A DNA stretch of 64,000 bases from Methanomicrobia archaeon (GTDB lineage: Archaea; Halobacteriota; Syntropharchaeia; Alkanophagales; Methanospirareceae): assembly GCA_016930255.1 (NCBI GenBank), contig JAFGHB010000005.1, forward strand, positions 6,942 through 70,941, given 5' to 3'. Shown here piece by piece: positions 9,103-19,892 of the stretch (position 1 is the first letter of the stretch; every line of letters starts with the position of its first letter). The translations under genes were made by a program, and so were the position numbers. Under the pieces are notes generated by a model. The model was not told the DNA's origin and did not search any database. It saw only the letters and a list, made by a program, of their open reading frames with translations.

Positions 9103-10540
9103 ACGTCGTACCGATCGTAGAGGCTTGGGATAGCTCCTAAAGGCATCCGCAACGCGGTCTTCGTAAGTTCCGTAAACAAATACCCACAGCCAGGATAAGA
9201 TACCCTGCACCTACCGCACCAACTGTGCCCAGAATATTTCCGATCACCAGCAAAGCGCCTAAGATAGCACTACTCAGCATCGCAATCTTTAGCGTGTATC
9301 TATCCACCGCTCTCTTTATCGCTTTTTCACTCCTTCTATAGCTGCGAATTGAACGACCAGAATTGCGAATTAATCGTCTTATGTCTCGCATTTCTGTGCC
9401 CGGTGTTAATTTCACCCAGATAAAAGCGGAGATCATTGAACCAATCACCACAATCAATAGGCCTATTACTATCCTTGCTGCAATTTGCCAATACGCAACG
9501 TTCGGATACGTGCTGTACACTAAAGGTGGATACCAGTCCCACGAGCTGTAAATGGGATCGAGATAATACATCAAGCCGGAAACCGGGATGTTTCCGTCAT
9601 ATGTTCCAAGAACAGTAATTCCGTGAGAATAAAGTAGTCTTCCAAGACTTTGTATAACTCCTGGCAGTATTCGCCCTAAATTCAAAAATACGAGTGGGAC
9701 AGCAATTGCGTAAGTGAAGTGCACAAACGTAACTGGGATTCGGATTTTGCATCGGTAACCTGCCCTTTTCGATCGGTTTTGTATTTTCAGTTCTATACGG
9801 GCACTCATCAAATAAATGAGGCTGAAGAACACCGCGATGGTGGTAATAAGCGCTATTAGGTGATGCTGGAAAAGGATCACCATGTCGTTCTCCGCTATCC
9901 CCTGTGCTATTCCTTGCCCTTGACCTATAAGTTCAATCCCGCGGGGAATGCCACCAATTGCCCAACCGCTTTGGTCATGCACCCCATTAAAGAGCCCTGT
10001 AATTAGTTGTTCCGAAACGCCCGCAACGATGAAAAGACCCACACCTGATCCGATTCCCCATCGCGATACCACTTCTTCCATGTAATAGATGAGCATCCCT
10101 CCGACAAAAACCTGAAGGAAGAGCAAGAATGAGATGAAACGCAAAGATACTCCGATTAAGTCTGCAATATCCTGATTGGGCAGGTAAAAACCCCTCGTGT
10201 AGGTGAAACTTGCAAAAACAACAAAGCAGAGAACGAGCAGTTTCTGAAGGTTCACATAAAACGCCTGGTCCTTGGGATTGGTTAAGTCAAGTTTCAGCAA
10301 TTTTGGACCTGCTACGATCTGTAACATAATCGAAGCATGTATAATCGGCATAACCCCAAGAGCAGCTAGCTAGAACCGCTGATCTGCAAAGAGCGCTCGC
10401 CATCTGCAGAAAAGGTCGAGCGACTCGGGAGCTAGCCCGAAGAAAGGGATGTTACCTAAGGCGAAATAAAGAATGAGTATAGCGAAGGTAAATATGAGTT
10501 TTGTCTTGAGCGGAACATGCCCTGTAGGGCGTTCAACCAT
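9096..10540 (-). pseudogene. tandem secY paralog, disrupted by an in-frame TAG and a C-terminal 1-nt frameshift
   Basis: The minus-strand reading from 10540 gives MVERPTGHVPLKTKLIFTFAILILYFALGNIPFFGLAPESLDLFCRWRALFADQRF*LAALGVMPIIHASIMLQ... It is collinear with residues 19 onward of the intact SecY at 10609..12075. The TAG at 10370-10372 sits where the intact copy has Ser. The ORF-track model 9137..10351 ends ICLRNLRRPRCGCL*. The -1 frame instead reads VYGTYEDRVADAFRSYPKPLRSV.., matching YNLYESVASEQMMEMYPMMRHF of the intact copy. Confidence 0.6.
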
Positions 10541-10608
10541 CGGGATCTTACGTAAAAAAGGTGTTAAAACTTCCCTCAGTCTTGTTCACCTCCTTTTCTC
10601 TTCGCTAC

Positions 10609-12075
10609 TTATTCGCCGCCGAAGAAGTGCCGCATCATTGGGTACATCTCCATCATCTGCTCTGATGCCACCGACTCATACAGGTTGTACGCAATGCTCA
10701 CCGCCAGGAGCAGCCCCGTACCTGATGCCTGACCAAGTGTGCCGAACATATTTGCAATGACGGCTAACACGCCCAGGAGAGCGCCGCCCATGATCGCTAT
10801 TTTCGGTATATAGCCTTCCATCATGCGCTCTATGTTTGCAGGGTTCCTGCGATGTCCCGGGACTTGGAGCCCTGACCGGTAGATCTGCGCCGCCACGTCC
10901 TTCGGACCCATGCCCGTCGTGTTTATCCAGAACAGAGCGAAGATCATGCCGCCGATGATCATGAACGCAAGATCAACACCCAGTCGCAGCGCTATTTGCC
11001 AGCTTGCAACGTTCGGATACGCTGCATGCACGAGTGTCGGGAACCAGTCCCACGGACTGTAAATGGGATCGAGATAGTACATCAACCCGGAAACCGCACT
11101 GTTACCTTCGTACGTGCCGAAGAGGGTAATGCCACGCGAATAAAACATCCTGCCAAAACCCTGTATACTCGCCTGTAACGCTCGTACAAGAATCATTGGC
11201 AGCACACTCGCGTATAAAAGCTTGATAGGAAACCTGCCGCGAGCACCGCGTGCCATTGAATGTGCCAGTGGGATTTCCAAACGTGTACTCTCGAGGTAAA
11301 CAACGATGAAAAAGACCGCGATGGTGGAGAAAAGCGCGATTAAGTTATGCTGGAACAGGAACGAGATTCCCCCACTCACGATGTTATAGCCAAGATCTCC
11401 TTGCCGTGCTAGTTCTATCCAGCGCGGGATGACACCCACCGCCCAACCGGTTTCGTCCGGCACCCAGTTTATCAGACCGGTGATTACCTGCTGCGAGACG
11501 CCAGCGAGAATGAACAATGACACGCCTGAACCGATCCCCCATTTCGAGACCACCTCATCCATGAAGTAGATGAGCATTCCGCCGATGAATATCTGGATGA
11601 AGAGCAAGAATCGGATGGTTCCGAGTGAGACCCCCATTAAGTTCGCTATGTCCTCGCTGGGCACATAAAAGCCAACCACGTACGTCATGCTAATGAGCGC
11701 GGTAAAAGCCAGGACGAGCATTTTCTGCAGGTTCTGATAAAACGCCTGGTCGCGGGCGTCGCTCAGATTCAAGTTGATAATACCCGCACCGACCAGCAGC
11801 TGTAAGACGATAGAGGCATCGACGATTGGCATGATCCCCAGCGCGGTGAGCGAGAACCGTTCGCCTGCGAAGATCGCCCGCCACCGACCGAAGAGGTCCA
11901 GAGATTCTGGCGATAATCCGAAAAGCGGCACGTTGCCAAGTGCGAAAAAGAGTATGAGTATACCAACAGTCCACCCCAGCTTCGATTTGAAATGAACGTG
12001 CCAACTGGGGCGTTCTACCATAGGGAATTTGCTTAAAGCAGCCGTTAACGCATCTTTAAAGTTTATCTCGGTCAT
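10609..12075 (-). CDS. secY: preprotein translocase subunit SecY
   Basis: 488 aa; 10 predicted TM segments; SecY blocks (GIMPIVDASIVLQLL, GIGSGVSLFI); directly downstream of uL15 as in the archaeal ribosomal cluster. Confidence 0.9.
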   Translation of the reverse strand: MTEINFKDALTAALSKFPMVERPSWHVHFKSKLGWTVGILILFFALGNVPLFGLSPESLDLFGRWRAIFAGERFSLTALGIMPIVDASIVLQLLVGAGIINLNLSDARDQAFYQNLQKMLVLAFTALISMTYVVGFYVPSEDIANLMGVSLGTIRFLLFIQIFIGGMLIYFMDEVVSKWGIGSGVSLFILAGVSQQVITGLINWVPDETGWAVGVIPRWIELARQGDLGYNIVSGGISFLFQHNLIALFSTIAVFFIVVYLESTRLEIPLAHSMARGARGRFPIKLLYASVLPMILVRALQASIQGFGRMFYSRGITLFGTYEGNSAVSGLMYYLDPIYSPWDWFPTLVHAAYPNVASWQIALRLGVDLAFMIIGGMIFALFWINTTGMGPKDVAAQIYRSGLQVPGHRRNPANIERMMEGYIPKIAIMGGALLGVLAVIANMFGTLGQASGTGLLLAVSIAYNLYESVASEQMMEMYPMMRHFFGGE

Positions 12076-12090
12076 CTATACAAGTAACAC

Positions 12091-12531
12091 TTATATCCCG
12101 CTTTCTGCCTCTAAATCTACACTACCGCCCACTCGTTCTATCTTCTCCTGCGCCGTTTTTGATATCTTCTCCGCCTTGAGTATTAGCTTCCTCGTTACGT
12201 TTCCCTTCCCCAGGATCTTCTGTACGCCGAGTTCCTGGACATCGAGATAAATGCCATCATCTTTTTCTTCCGCTTTCCCAGCCTTGAGCAGTTCTCCCAT
12301 CATCTCCTCTAACTCGCCCACGTTTATCGTCGTATCGTCACTGCTGTCATACTGATACGGCTTAGAGGCGTTATGTCCCTTGATTATCCCCCGTTTCAAA
12401 GACCATACCACGTGATGCGAGTACGCGCCAGCATGACCGGAGCCACCTTTGCTCCCTTTTCCTCTTCTCTTTTTGGCTGAGCCACCGCCACAGGTTCGTG
12501 TTCCTCTTATCCTCTTTATCCTCTTCTTCAT
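12091..12531 (-). CDS. rpl15: 50S ribosomal protein uL15
   Basis: 146 aa; GTRTCGGGSAKKRRGKGSKGG..GHAG N-terminus typical of uL15. Confidence 0.85.
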   Translation of the reverse strand: MKKRIKRIRGTRTCGGGSAKKRRGKGSKGGSGHAGAYSHHVVWSLKRGIIKGHNASKPYQYDSSDDTTINVGELEEMMGELLKAGKAEEKDDGIYLDVQELGVQKILGKGNVTRKLILKAEKISKTAQEKIERVGGSVDLEAESGI

Positions 12532-12671
12532 CTCCGCAGACTCTCACCTCTGTCCTACCAAGAGTTTTAAAGTGTCACTTATATAGCTTTAGTTTTTTAT
12601 ACCTATTAGCACAACTAATAGTATAGCTTACTCTGTATTTAACAAATTAGAGGATTGGGGGAATAAGTGAG

Positions 12672-13223
12672 ATGGTAAAAGTAGATATAAAGATAGAAAA
12701 TGTAGTAGCGAACGCGAGGATTGCTGAGAGCCTCGATCTAGAATATATTGAATCGCAGTTAGAAGATGCAATGTTCACGAAAAAGAAGTTCCCAGGTCTG
12801 GTGTACAGGACAAAAGATCCGAAATCCGCTTTCCTTATCTTTCGCTCCGGGAAAGTGGTGTGCACGGGGTCTAAGACTGAAGCAGGCGTTCGGAAGGTAA
12901 TAGACATGCTTGCTTCCGCACTCAGAGGCATAGGAATAAAAGTAGAAGAGCATCCGGTGTTTAAAGTGCAGAATATCGTCGCCTCTGCTAATCTTGGCAA
13001 GGAACTCAATCTCGGCGCCATCGTGGTCGGGTTAGAGCTGGAGGGCATGGAGTACGAGCCCGAAGTTTTCCCCGGATTGGTGTATAGAATCACTGACCCC
13101 AAAAGTGCCATATTGATCTTCAGCTCCGGACGGTTAGTTATCACCGGCGGAAAGACCTTGGGAGATTGTGAAAAGTCCGTAGAAGTATTACTCAATAAAT
13201 TGACCGAGTTGGAATTGCTTTAA
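12672..13223 (+). CDS. tbp: TATA-box-binding protein
   Basis: 183 aa; two direct repeats (FPGLVYR..DPK.A.LIF.SG..V.TG.K); a TATA-like TTTTTATA lies ~80 nt upstream. Confidence 0.9.
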   Translation: MVKVDIKIENVVANARIAESLDLEYIESQLEDAMFTKKKFPGLVYRTKDPKSAFLIFRSGKVVCTGSKTEAGVRKVIDMLASALRGIGIKVEEHPVFKVQNIVASANLGKELNLGAIVVGLELEGMEYEPEVFPGLVYRITDPKSAILIFSSGRLVITGGKTLGDCEKSVEVLLNKLTELELL

Positions 13224-13340
13224 ACGCAGAGGTACGGTCAGCAATCTCGGCTCCTTTTTTCCTGCACCTATACTACAAAAAAGGAATGGAAAAGGAGATA
13301 GAACAGAGCGGGTCGAGTGAGGTACGTACGAAGGCTCACA

Positions 13341-13958
13341 CTAAATGAGTGCTTCCTTTAGAGTCTCCAGGTTGAACTGGGTATTTGCGCAGCCGTTCTT
13401 TGTCAGGGGGATACCGCGAACCGCCAGGCCTTCCGATTCCGCAACATTGAGCCCGAATTTTATCTCTTCCGGGCATGCGATTCCAGAAACCGCATCACAG
13501 TGCATGCATTCCAGGATCTTCCTCATACACGAGCCGCCAGGCAGAATGAAGACTTTATATCCCCGTGATTCGCCAAATTCCGCTGCTTGATGCGCTAAAC
13601 AATCAGAAGAGCAGTGGTTGCAGGAATACGAGGACAAATCAGGATTAAAGTCCGCTTTGCACTGCCAATCCATATATTTCCGGCAGCAATGCGGCACCAG
13701 CAGGATCTTGCTGTCCGCGTTTTTGAAATCCTCCTCGTGTATCAGATTCTTTATTTGGAGATCCACCAGGTCCTCAACAATAGAGATCGCATCTTCCAAC
13801 TGGATGCCGAGGAGCTTATCCACCTTGAACTTCCGCACGCTGGTTTTGGAGAACGAGCCCAGCTTCTTGTGCAATTGCCGTTTATCCACCACCTTCGCAA
13901 TATCTTTGAAAAAGCCTCGCGGGAGTTTCGACAAATCGTAGTTGAACGGGTACGCCAT
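13341..13958 (-). CDS. Cys-rich DUF116-like protein (hypothetical)
   Basis: 205 aa; conserved Cys pattern LLVPHCCRKYMDWQC...CNHCSSDC...CMHC; function unknown. Confidence 0.4.
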   Translation of the reverse strand: MAYPFNYDLSKLPRGFFKDIAKVVDKRQLHKKLGSFSKTSVRKFKVDKLLGIQLEDAISIVEDLVDLQIKNLIHEEDFKNADSKILLVPHCCRKYMDWQCKADFNPDLSSYSCNHCSSDCLAHQAAEFGESRGYKVFILPGGSCMRKILECMHCDAVSGIACPEEIKFGLNVAESEGLAVRGIPLTKNGCANTQFNLETLKEALI

Positions 13959-14046
13959 AATCTAATGTTCACGTTGAGGTAATTAAAGATTAGCTATTAT
14001 GTGGGTCTCTAAATGCCAGCAGGGATAGGCAGGCGAAACTATTTTG

Positions 14047-15090
14047 TCACCAATCGTTCTTCACAGGTATTGCAGCACCGCATGCCGGGCAGCTGTTCGC
14101 TGCCGTAAGGTGGGAATCAACCACATCAAATCCGTATCGCTCGATTACCAGTTCACCGCAATGCAAGCAGTACGTGTTCTCATAAGGATGCCCCGGAACA
14201 TTGCCGAGGTAGACATAGTTCAGACCCTCGGATCGTCCTAGTGCCCGTGCACGCTCCAACAATTCGACCGGTGTCCGCCCGTCATAAAGACCACCTTCAC
14301 GCGCCTTGTACGCTGGATGGTATTGCGTGACATGCCAGGGTATGTCTTTCCCGGCGTCGTCTCGGATTCGCGATGCGATGCTTCTCAAACAGTCCGCATC
14401 ATCATTCACGCCGGGTATAACGAGTGTGGTGATCTCAATATGTACGCCCTTTCGCTTCGCAGCCCGTATATTCCGCCAGACGACTTCCACATCGGCGCCA
14501 CAGTAGCGCCTCACCGCGTCCTTACAGCCCTTCACATCCACATTCATCGCATCCAGCCCGTGCTCTACGAGCAAATTCAGTGCATCGGAGCTCATATAGC
14601 CGTTCGTTACGTAGGTATTATAATAGCCCTCCTTTTTAGCCAGCGCAAACACGTCAAGCGCGTATTCGAGGAGCAGTGTGGGTTCGTTAAAGGAAATCGA
14701 AGTACCCTGACAGCTCATCTCCTTCACGAGTTGTACTAATCGCTCTGGTGAGATGTACTCGCAGCTCGCAGGTGTTGGTACGGATCTGCTAATCGTCCAG
14801 TTCTGGCACCACGGGCAGGAGAAATTACAGCCGTAACTGCCGACCGTTAGTGCTTTGCTGCCCGGGAAGAAATGGAAGAACGGTTTCTTCTCTATTGGAT
14901 TCGCACTGATCGACGAGATATCGCCGTATCCCAGCGTATACAGTTTTCCCTCGATGTTCTTCCGTGTTTTGCAGAATCCTAACCTGCCCACCGCGATCTC
15001 GCAGAACCGCTCACAGGTTGTGCATCTTACACGTTTGCCTTTGCGCTGCTCGTATAACAGAGCTTCTTTTATGCAACTCGTGGTTTTCAT
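14047..15090 (-). CDS. AmmeMemoRadiSam-type radical SAM enzyme (PflA-like)
   Basis: 347 aa. The N-terminal extension C..C.R.C.I..G..G.C..R.N..GKLY followed by PIEKKPFFHFFPGS and CNFSCPWCQNW is diagnostic for this subfamily. Confidence 0.65.
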   Translation of the reverse strand: MKTTSCIKEALLYEQRKGKRVRCTTCERFCEIAVGRLGFCKTRKNIEGKLYTLGYGDISSISANPIEKKPFFHFFPGSKALTVGSYGCNFSCPWCQNWTISRSVPTPASCEYISPERLVQLVKEMSCQGTSISFNEPTLLLEYALDVFALAKKEGYYNTYVTNGYMSSDALNLLVEHGLDAMNVDVKGCKDAVRRYCGADVEVVWRNIRAAKRKGVHIEITTLVIPGVNDDADCLRSIASRIRDDAGKDIPWHVTQYHPAYKAREGGLYDGRTPVELLERARALGRSEGLNYVYLGNVPGHPYENTYCLHCGELVIERYGFDVVDSHLTAANSCPACGAAIPVKNDW

Positions 15091-15191
15091 CCCATCCTTC
15101 GACGCTCTTTGCTACAAGCTTTTTTAAGCCCGCGCACTGTATACAAAATAGATCATAAAGGAACCTAAATATAAGGAGAAGTGCCATAAAC

Positions 15192-15995
15192 ATGACGAAA
15201 CGAATCGTTCCGTGTCTGGATACAACGTTTGATGAGCAGGGTAACGCGGTTGTGGTGAAAGGGATAGAATTCGAGAACCTCAAATACGCCGGTGATCCCG
15301 TTGCACTCGCCGAGAGATACGATGCGCAGGGCGCCGATGAGCTGGTCTTCCTCGACATCTCTGCGTCCTTCGAGGGTAGAGAGACGATGATTGCAATGGT
15401 TGAGCAGATAGCCGCGCATGTATCCATTCCACTGGCGGTTGGCGGCGGGATAAAGAGCATCGAGGACTTCGAGAAGGTCTTCAATGCCGGCGCGGATAAG
15501 GTGGGCGTGAACACCGCTGCCGTTAAGAACCCCGAGTTGATAAAAGAAGCTACCGAACGGTTTGGCAAACGTGTCGTGGTTGCCATTGACTGCAAGCGGA
15601 GATTTGAGGACGCAGAGGGCAAGACGCCAGTGCAACTGGGGGACGGCACGGAAGCGTGGTACGACGTCGTCATTTATGGCGGTCGCGAGTACGTAGGGCT
15701 TGACGCGATCGCATGGGCGAAGCAGGTGCAGGAGCTTGGCGCGGCTGAGATCCTCCTGACGTCGAAGGATAACGATGGGAGAACGGACGGCTACGACGTC
15801 CCGATTACCAAAGCGATTGCTGAGGCTGTGGATATTCCCGTGATTGCATCCGGCGGTGCCGGGAACATAGAGCACATGTACGAGGCGTTTGTCAATGGCG
15901 CGGACGCGTGCCTCGCCGCGAGCATCTTCCATTACGAGACGTACACGATCAACGAGATAAAGGAGTATTTGCGGGAGAAGGGGATTGACGTGTAA
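15192..15995 (+). CDS. hisF: imidazole glycerol phosphate synthase cyclase subunit
   Basis: 267 aa; [20 protein letters not shown](K/R) blocks of HisF. Confidence 0.9.
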   Translation: MTKRIVPCLDTTFDEQGNAVVVKGIEFENLKYAGDPVALAERYDAQGADELVFLDISASFEGRETMIAMVEQIAAHVSIPLAVGGGIKSIEDFEKVFNAGADKVGVNTAAVKNPELIKEATERFGKRVVVAIDCKRRFEDAEGKTPVQLGDGTEAWYDVVIYGGREYVGLDAIAWAKQVQELGAAEILLTSKDNDGRTDGYDVPITKAIAEAVDIPVIASGGAGNIEHMYEAFVNGADACLAASIFHYETYTINEIKEYLREKGIDV

Positions 15996-16093
15996 CTCTA
16001 AGGGTAGACAACGCTTTTACAATTATTCCTAAAACGAGAATTAGAGCTAAGAATGGAACAGCATGAGGAAAGAGCCCCTCTTTTCAACCTGTT

Positions 16094-17680
16094 TTAATCA
16101 GACCACAACATAATCGCGGGGATCCAATTGTCGTACGTGCGACCATTAGCATCCGTGAACTCAGTGCAGTTGATCCAGCCGTTTGCGGTCTGTAATGTTC
16201 GATTATGGTGAATCTGCGGATACGAGCCTGTGCGGATGGTGTAGTTGTAAGTTTCATCTTTGTAGAGTATAAACGATTCGTTGAACTTCAAATTGTGCCA
16301 GTCTTCCACATAGCCGTTCCATGTTGCTGTTACGTTCCAACCGGTGCTATTCCATAACTTTACGTATTCAGAATGCCCACCGGTCCCAAGGCAGGAATAG
16401 GTGTACATTTTCGAGACGTTAAGGTCATAGAAGGGCGTGATGGTGCCGTTGTGGGTGCCGGGGATGCTGGGGTAAGTCCCAAAGCGAGTGTCGAAGATTG
16501 AGGGCTTTACCAGCGGTAAATAATCTTTATTCTTGCCTACACGAATGTCGTAAGGTGTATCACCAAGACCATCGCCATCCTCATCTGCTCCTGCGTAATC
16601 ACTCCAATAATTCCCGCCCAGCCATGAACCACCGATGATGTTCGTTCCCGCGGTTTGTGTTATATTCCAGCTGTTTTTGCCACTATCCCACGCGTTGTGC
16701 GTATTGCTTAAATAATTGTTGTAGATTGTGTTACTATTTGAACCATAATACAAATAGATGCCGTACTCATTGCTAGCCATAATGTTGTTATAAAGTGAAT
16801 TATTATTCGAATGATCGTATACATAAACGCCGTATTTGTTGTCGCCTATAGTGTTATTATTTAGATAGTTGCTATTTGAATATAGATAAACATAGATGCC
16901 ACTATTACTGTTAAAATTAGCAATATTGTTAACTATTGTATTGTTATTTGAGCAATAATACAAATAGATCCCATAACTGTTATTCATGATGTGGTTGTTA
17001 ATAAGAATATTATGATCAGAATACCAGGATAAGTGGATACCTCTGTCATTATTTTTCACAATGTTACTGGATATTATGGTATTGTTTATCTGGAAATACA
17101 GGAATATTCCAATTCCATTATTCAAAACAGAATTGTTAATAAGCCAGTTATTGTTGCTAGACCTTACTAAATCTATCCCACGACCGCTGTTATTCAAGAC
17201 CTCGTTGTTTGAAATGATACAATGATCTGCACCATTTAGATGTATCCCCGCTTTGTCTATTATTCTTACACCTTTCACCGTGAAGCCCGTTATGTTTACA
17301 TAATCTGCGGTTACATTAAAGACGTAATCATTTGGATCTGTCGCGTTCACGATACAGTTCGCAGAGCCGTTCTCTGATTTTATGGTCAAGTTAGCGACGT
17401 TCACGTCCACGTTCTCGTTGTACACCCCATCCCTTACGATAATCATATCACCCGAAGAAGCATTATCGACCGCTTCTTGTATTGTTTCGTAATCGTCAGG
17501 CACGTAAACGGTCTTTGTAGAAAATCGATTCGCAGTATTATTTGTTGAGGAATCGTCTGCACCACTTGAAAAAACCGTACCGCAGACCGCCATTGCCACA
17601 ACAACTGAAACTGCCGCTATCTTCAGAAGGATTTTAGCCTCATCCGTTTTTATCATCCTCTTGCATTTCAAACTACACAC
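16094..17680 (-). CDS. secreted NosD-like right-handed beta-helix repeat protein (surface glycoprotein candidate)
   Basis: 528 aa; N-terminal signal/TM; ~10 consecutive ~23-aa parallel beta-helix repeats (NNxIxxNxxGIYLYxSxNN); very high density of N-x-S/T sequons. Confidence 0.7.
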   Translation of the reverse strand: MCSLKCKRMIKTDEAKILLKIAAVSVVVAMAVCGTVFSSGADDSSTNNTANRFSTKTVYVPDDYETIQEAVDNASSGDMIIVRDGVYNENVDVNVANLTIKSENGSANCIVNATDPNDYVFNVTADYVNITGFTVKGVRIIDKAGIHLNGADHCIISNNEVLNNSGRGIDLVRSSNNNWLINNSVLNNGIGIFLYFQINNTIISSNIVKNNDRGIHLSWYSDHNILINNHIMNNSYGIYLYYCSNNNTIVNNIANFNSNSGIYVYLYSNSNYLNNNTIGDNKYGVYVYDHSNNNSLYNNIMASNEYGIYLYYGSNSNTIYNNYLSNTHNAWDSGKNSWNITQTAGTNIIGGSWLGGNYWSDYAGADEDGDGLGDTPYDIRVGKNKDYLPLVKPSIFDTRFGTYPSIPGTHNGTITPFYDLNVSKMYTYSCLGTGGHSEYVKLWNSTGWNVTATWNGYVEDWHNLKFNESFILYKDETYNYTIRTGSYPQIHHNRTLQTANGWINCTEFTDANGRTYDNWIPAIMLWSD

Positions 17681-17837
17681 TTAACATTTGCGTTGACGCT
17701 TATAAATTTTCCGATTGGTTCTTGATACAACGCAATTTTTTTGGGAACTCGCGGTTTGTGCCGAATTTACCTTTAAATAGAACCATCCTATCAAAGCTAT
17801 ACACCTGAACGCCTGAACTAACAGGGAAATCAAAAAA

Positions 17838-19892
17838 GTGCACTACATCATCGCCGAGAAAGGGACAACTGCAAAAAGACTCGCCGCTATTCTATCAGAG
17901 GGCAAAGCAAAGAAGCGAAAGGTAGGCAGCGTAGACGCCTATGAGTTCGACGGCAAGGTAGTTGCAGGACTCAGCGGCCACGTGTTCCGGCTGGACTTCC
18001 CCTCGACGTACAACAATTGGAGCAAGATAAATCCTGAGAAGTTGATTGACGCCAAGATCGTGGCGATCTCGCTGAAAAAGACGATTGCGAACGCGCTGGA
18101 GCAGATCGCAAAAGATGCCGAGTCCGTAACCATTGCTACCGACTATGACCGTGAAGGCGAGTTGATCGGTGTGGAGGCGCTCAGAATTATTAAGAAGATC
18201 AATCCCGACGTGCACGTTGACCGGATGCGGTACAGTGCAATCACCGAGAAGGACATACAAGAAAGCTTCGCCGCACGCAGCGAGGTCGATTATAACCTGG
18301 CGGCATCGGCGGAAGCGCGAGGGGTCATCGACCTGATCTGGGGCGCCGCGCTGACTCGGTTCGTTTCGTTATCCGCGAATCGTTTGGGTGAGGAGTTCTT
18401 TTCGGTTGGCCGTGTGCAATCGCCCACCCTTGCGTTGCTGGTGGACAAGGAGAAGGAGATACGGAAGTTCGTACCCCGTCCATACTGGGAACTGCACGCG
18501 CAGGTAAAGAACGACAAAGGCGAGATCTTCGAGGTTAGCCACAAAACGCTGAAATTCTGGGATAAAGCAGAGGCGGAAACGATAAAATCGCGCATCGAGG
18601 CGGCCAAGGAAGGGGTCGTCACCTCGGTCAAGACGCGTACGCGAACCGAAAAGCCGCCGACGCCGTTTGACACCACGAACTTCATTCGGGCTGCATCTGC
18701 CATTGGATACACGCCAAAACGGGCAATGAACATCGCGGAGAGCTTGTATCTCCAAGGGCTCATATCATATCACCGTACTGACAACACCACGTATCCCGAG
18801 ACGCTTGATTTGAAGGCGTTAGTGGAGCTGTTCCTCGGTACTACGGACTTCGGCGAGTACGCACGCCTATTGTTAAAGAAGAAGCGATTGAAACCAACGA
18901 CCGGTAAAAAGAAGACTACTGACCATCCGCCCATACATCCCGTCTCGGCAGCGGCATCGCCGGGAACGATTGGCAAGCCCGAATGGAAGATCTATGAGCT
19001 GGTGGTACGGCGGTTTTTAGCTACGCTTTCCGATGCCGCGAAATGGGAAGATACGGACGTTAAGATCGAGTTCGGCGACGAGGTACTGAACGCGAAAGGT
19101 AAAGAATTAAAGGACGAGGGCTTCCTCGCTATCTATCCGTATCAGAAGAAAGAGGAGATCGTAATCCCGAAGTTAAAAGAAGGCGAGCACGTGCACCTCG
19201 AAGAGATCGAGCTTGTGGAGAAGGAGACAAAGCCGCCGAAACGGATCTCGCAAGCGGGCTTGATAAAGAAGATGGAGGAGTTGGGCCTGGGCACGAAGAG
19301 TACGCGGCACGAGATTGTGGGGAAATTGTACGAACGGTCGTACGTGCAGGATAACCCCGCTAAGCCAACGGAGAAGGCGATCGCGCTTATCGATTCATTA
19401 GAGAAATACGCGGAACTGATAACGAAGCCGGCGATGACAAAGACGCTGGAGCAGGAGATGGAGGATATAAAAGCGGGCAAACGAACGAAGAAGATCGTTG
19501 CGGACGATTCGCGGAACATGCTGCGTGAGGTGTTCCAGGAGATGACGGAGAATCGGGCGGAGATCGCGAAATCGCTACGAAATGCGATGAAGGGCGGCGC
19601 AATCGTAGGAGCCTGCCCCAAATGCGATTCAGACCTCTTCATGGCAACCTCACAACGTGGTAAGCGGTTTGTGGGCTGCAAGAACTATCCGTCCTGCGAT
19701 TTCTCGCTACCGTTACCCAAGAGCGGACGCGTGGTCGTAACCAATGAGACCTGCGATAAACATCCGTCCCTCTTCAAGCTGAAGATCATGAAGAAAGGCT
19801 CGAAACGGCCCTGGGATTTCGGCTGCCCGTATTGCAATTTTCTGCAGTGGAAGGCGAAGAGCGGTAACGGCGATGAAGATAAGACCTCCTGA
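17838..19892 (+). CDS. topA: type IA DNA topoisomerase (archaeal topo I/III) with C-terminal zinc ribbons
   Basis: 684 aa; Toprim acidic block TDYDREGELIG; catalytic-Tyr region GLISYHRTDNT; C-terminal CPKCDS..C..C and C..C motifs. Confidence 0.85.
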   Translation: MHYIIAEKGTTAKRLAAILSEGKAKKRKVGSVDAYEFDGKVVAGLSGHVFRLDFPSTYNNWSKINPEKLIDAKIVAISLKKTIANALEQIAKDAESVTIATDYDREGELIGVEALRIIKKINPDVHVDRMRYSAITEKDIQESFAARSEVDYNLAASAEARGVIDLIWGAALTRFVSLSANRLGEEFFSVGRVQSPTLALLVDKEKEIRKFVPRPYWELHAQVKNDKGEIFEVSHKTLKFWDKAEAETIKSRIEAAKEGVVTSVKTRTRTEKPPTPFDTTNFIRAASAIGYTPKRAMNIAESLYLQGLISYHRTDNTTYPETLDLKALVELFLGTTDFGEYARLLLKKKRLKPTTGKKKTTDHPPIHPVSAAASPGTIGKPEWKIYELVVRRFLATLSDAAKWEDTDVKIEFGDEVLNAKGKELKDEGFLAIYPYQKKEEIVIPKLKEGEHVHLEEIELVEKETKPPKRISQAGLIKKMEELGLGTKSTRHEIVGKLYERSYVQDNPAKPTEKAIALIDSLEKYAELITKPAMTKTLEQEMEDIKAGKRTKKIVADDSRNMLREVFQEMTENRAEIAKSLRNAMKGGAIVGACPKCDSDLFMATSQRGKRFVGCKNYPSCDFSLPLPKSGRVVVTNETCDKHPSLFKLKIMKKGSKRPWDFGCPYCNFLQWKAKSGNGDEDKTS

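Noticed and set aside
10370-10372. In-frame UAG in the secY paralog as a pyrrolysine (Pyl) codon
   Set aside because: The codon aligns with Ser in the intact paralog, not a plausible Pyl site. The same gene carries an independent 3' frameshift and terminates on UAG itself. No pylTSBCD genes or other in-frame UAGs were seen in the window. Pseudogene is the simpler reading.
15011-15932. 220-aa and 255-aa minus-strand ORFs overlapping hisF
   Set aside because: They are fully antisense to a well-supported hisF, have no RBS or promoter, and show low-complexity Ser/Ala/Arg-rich translations typical of GC-rich antisense frames.
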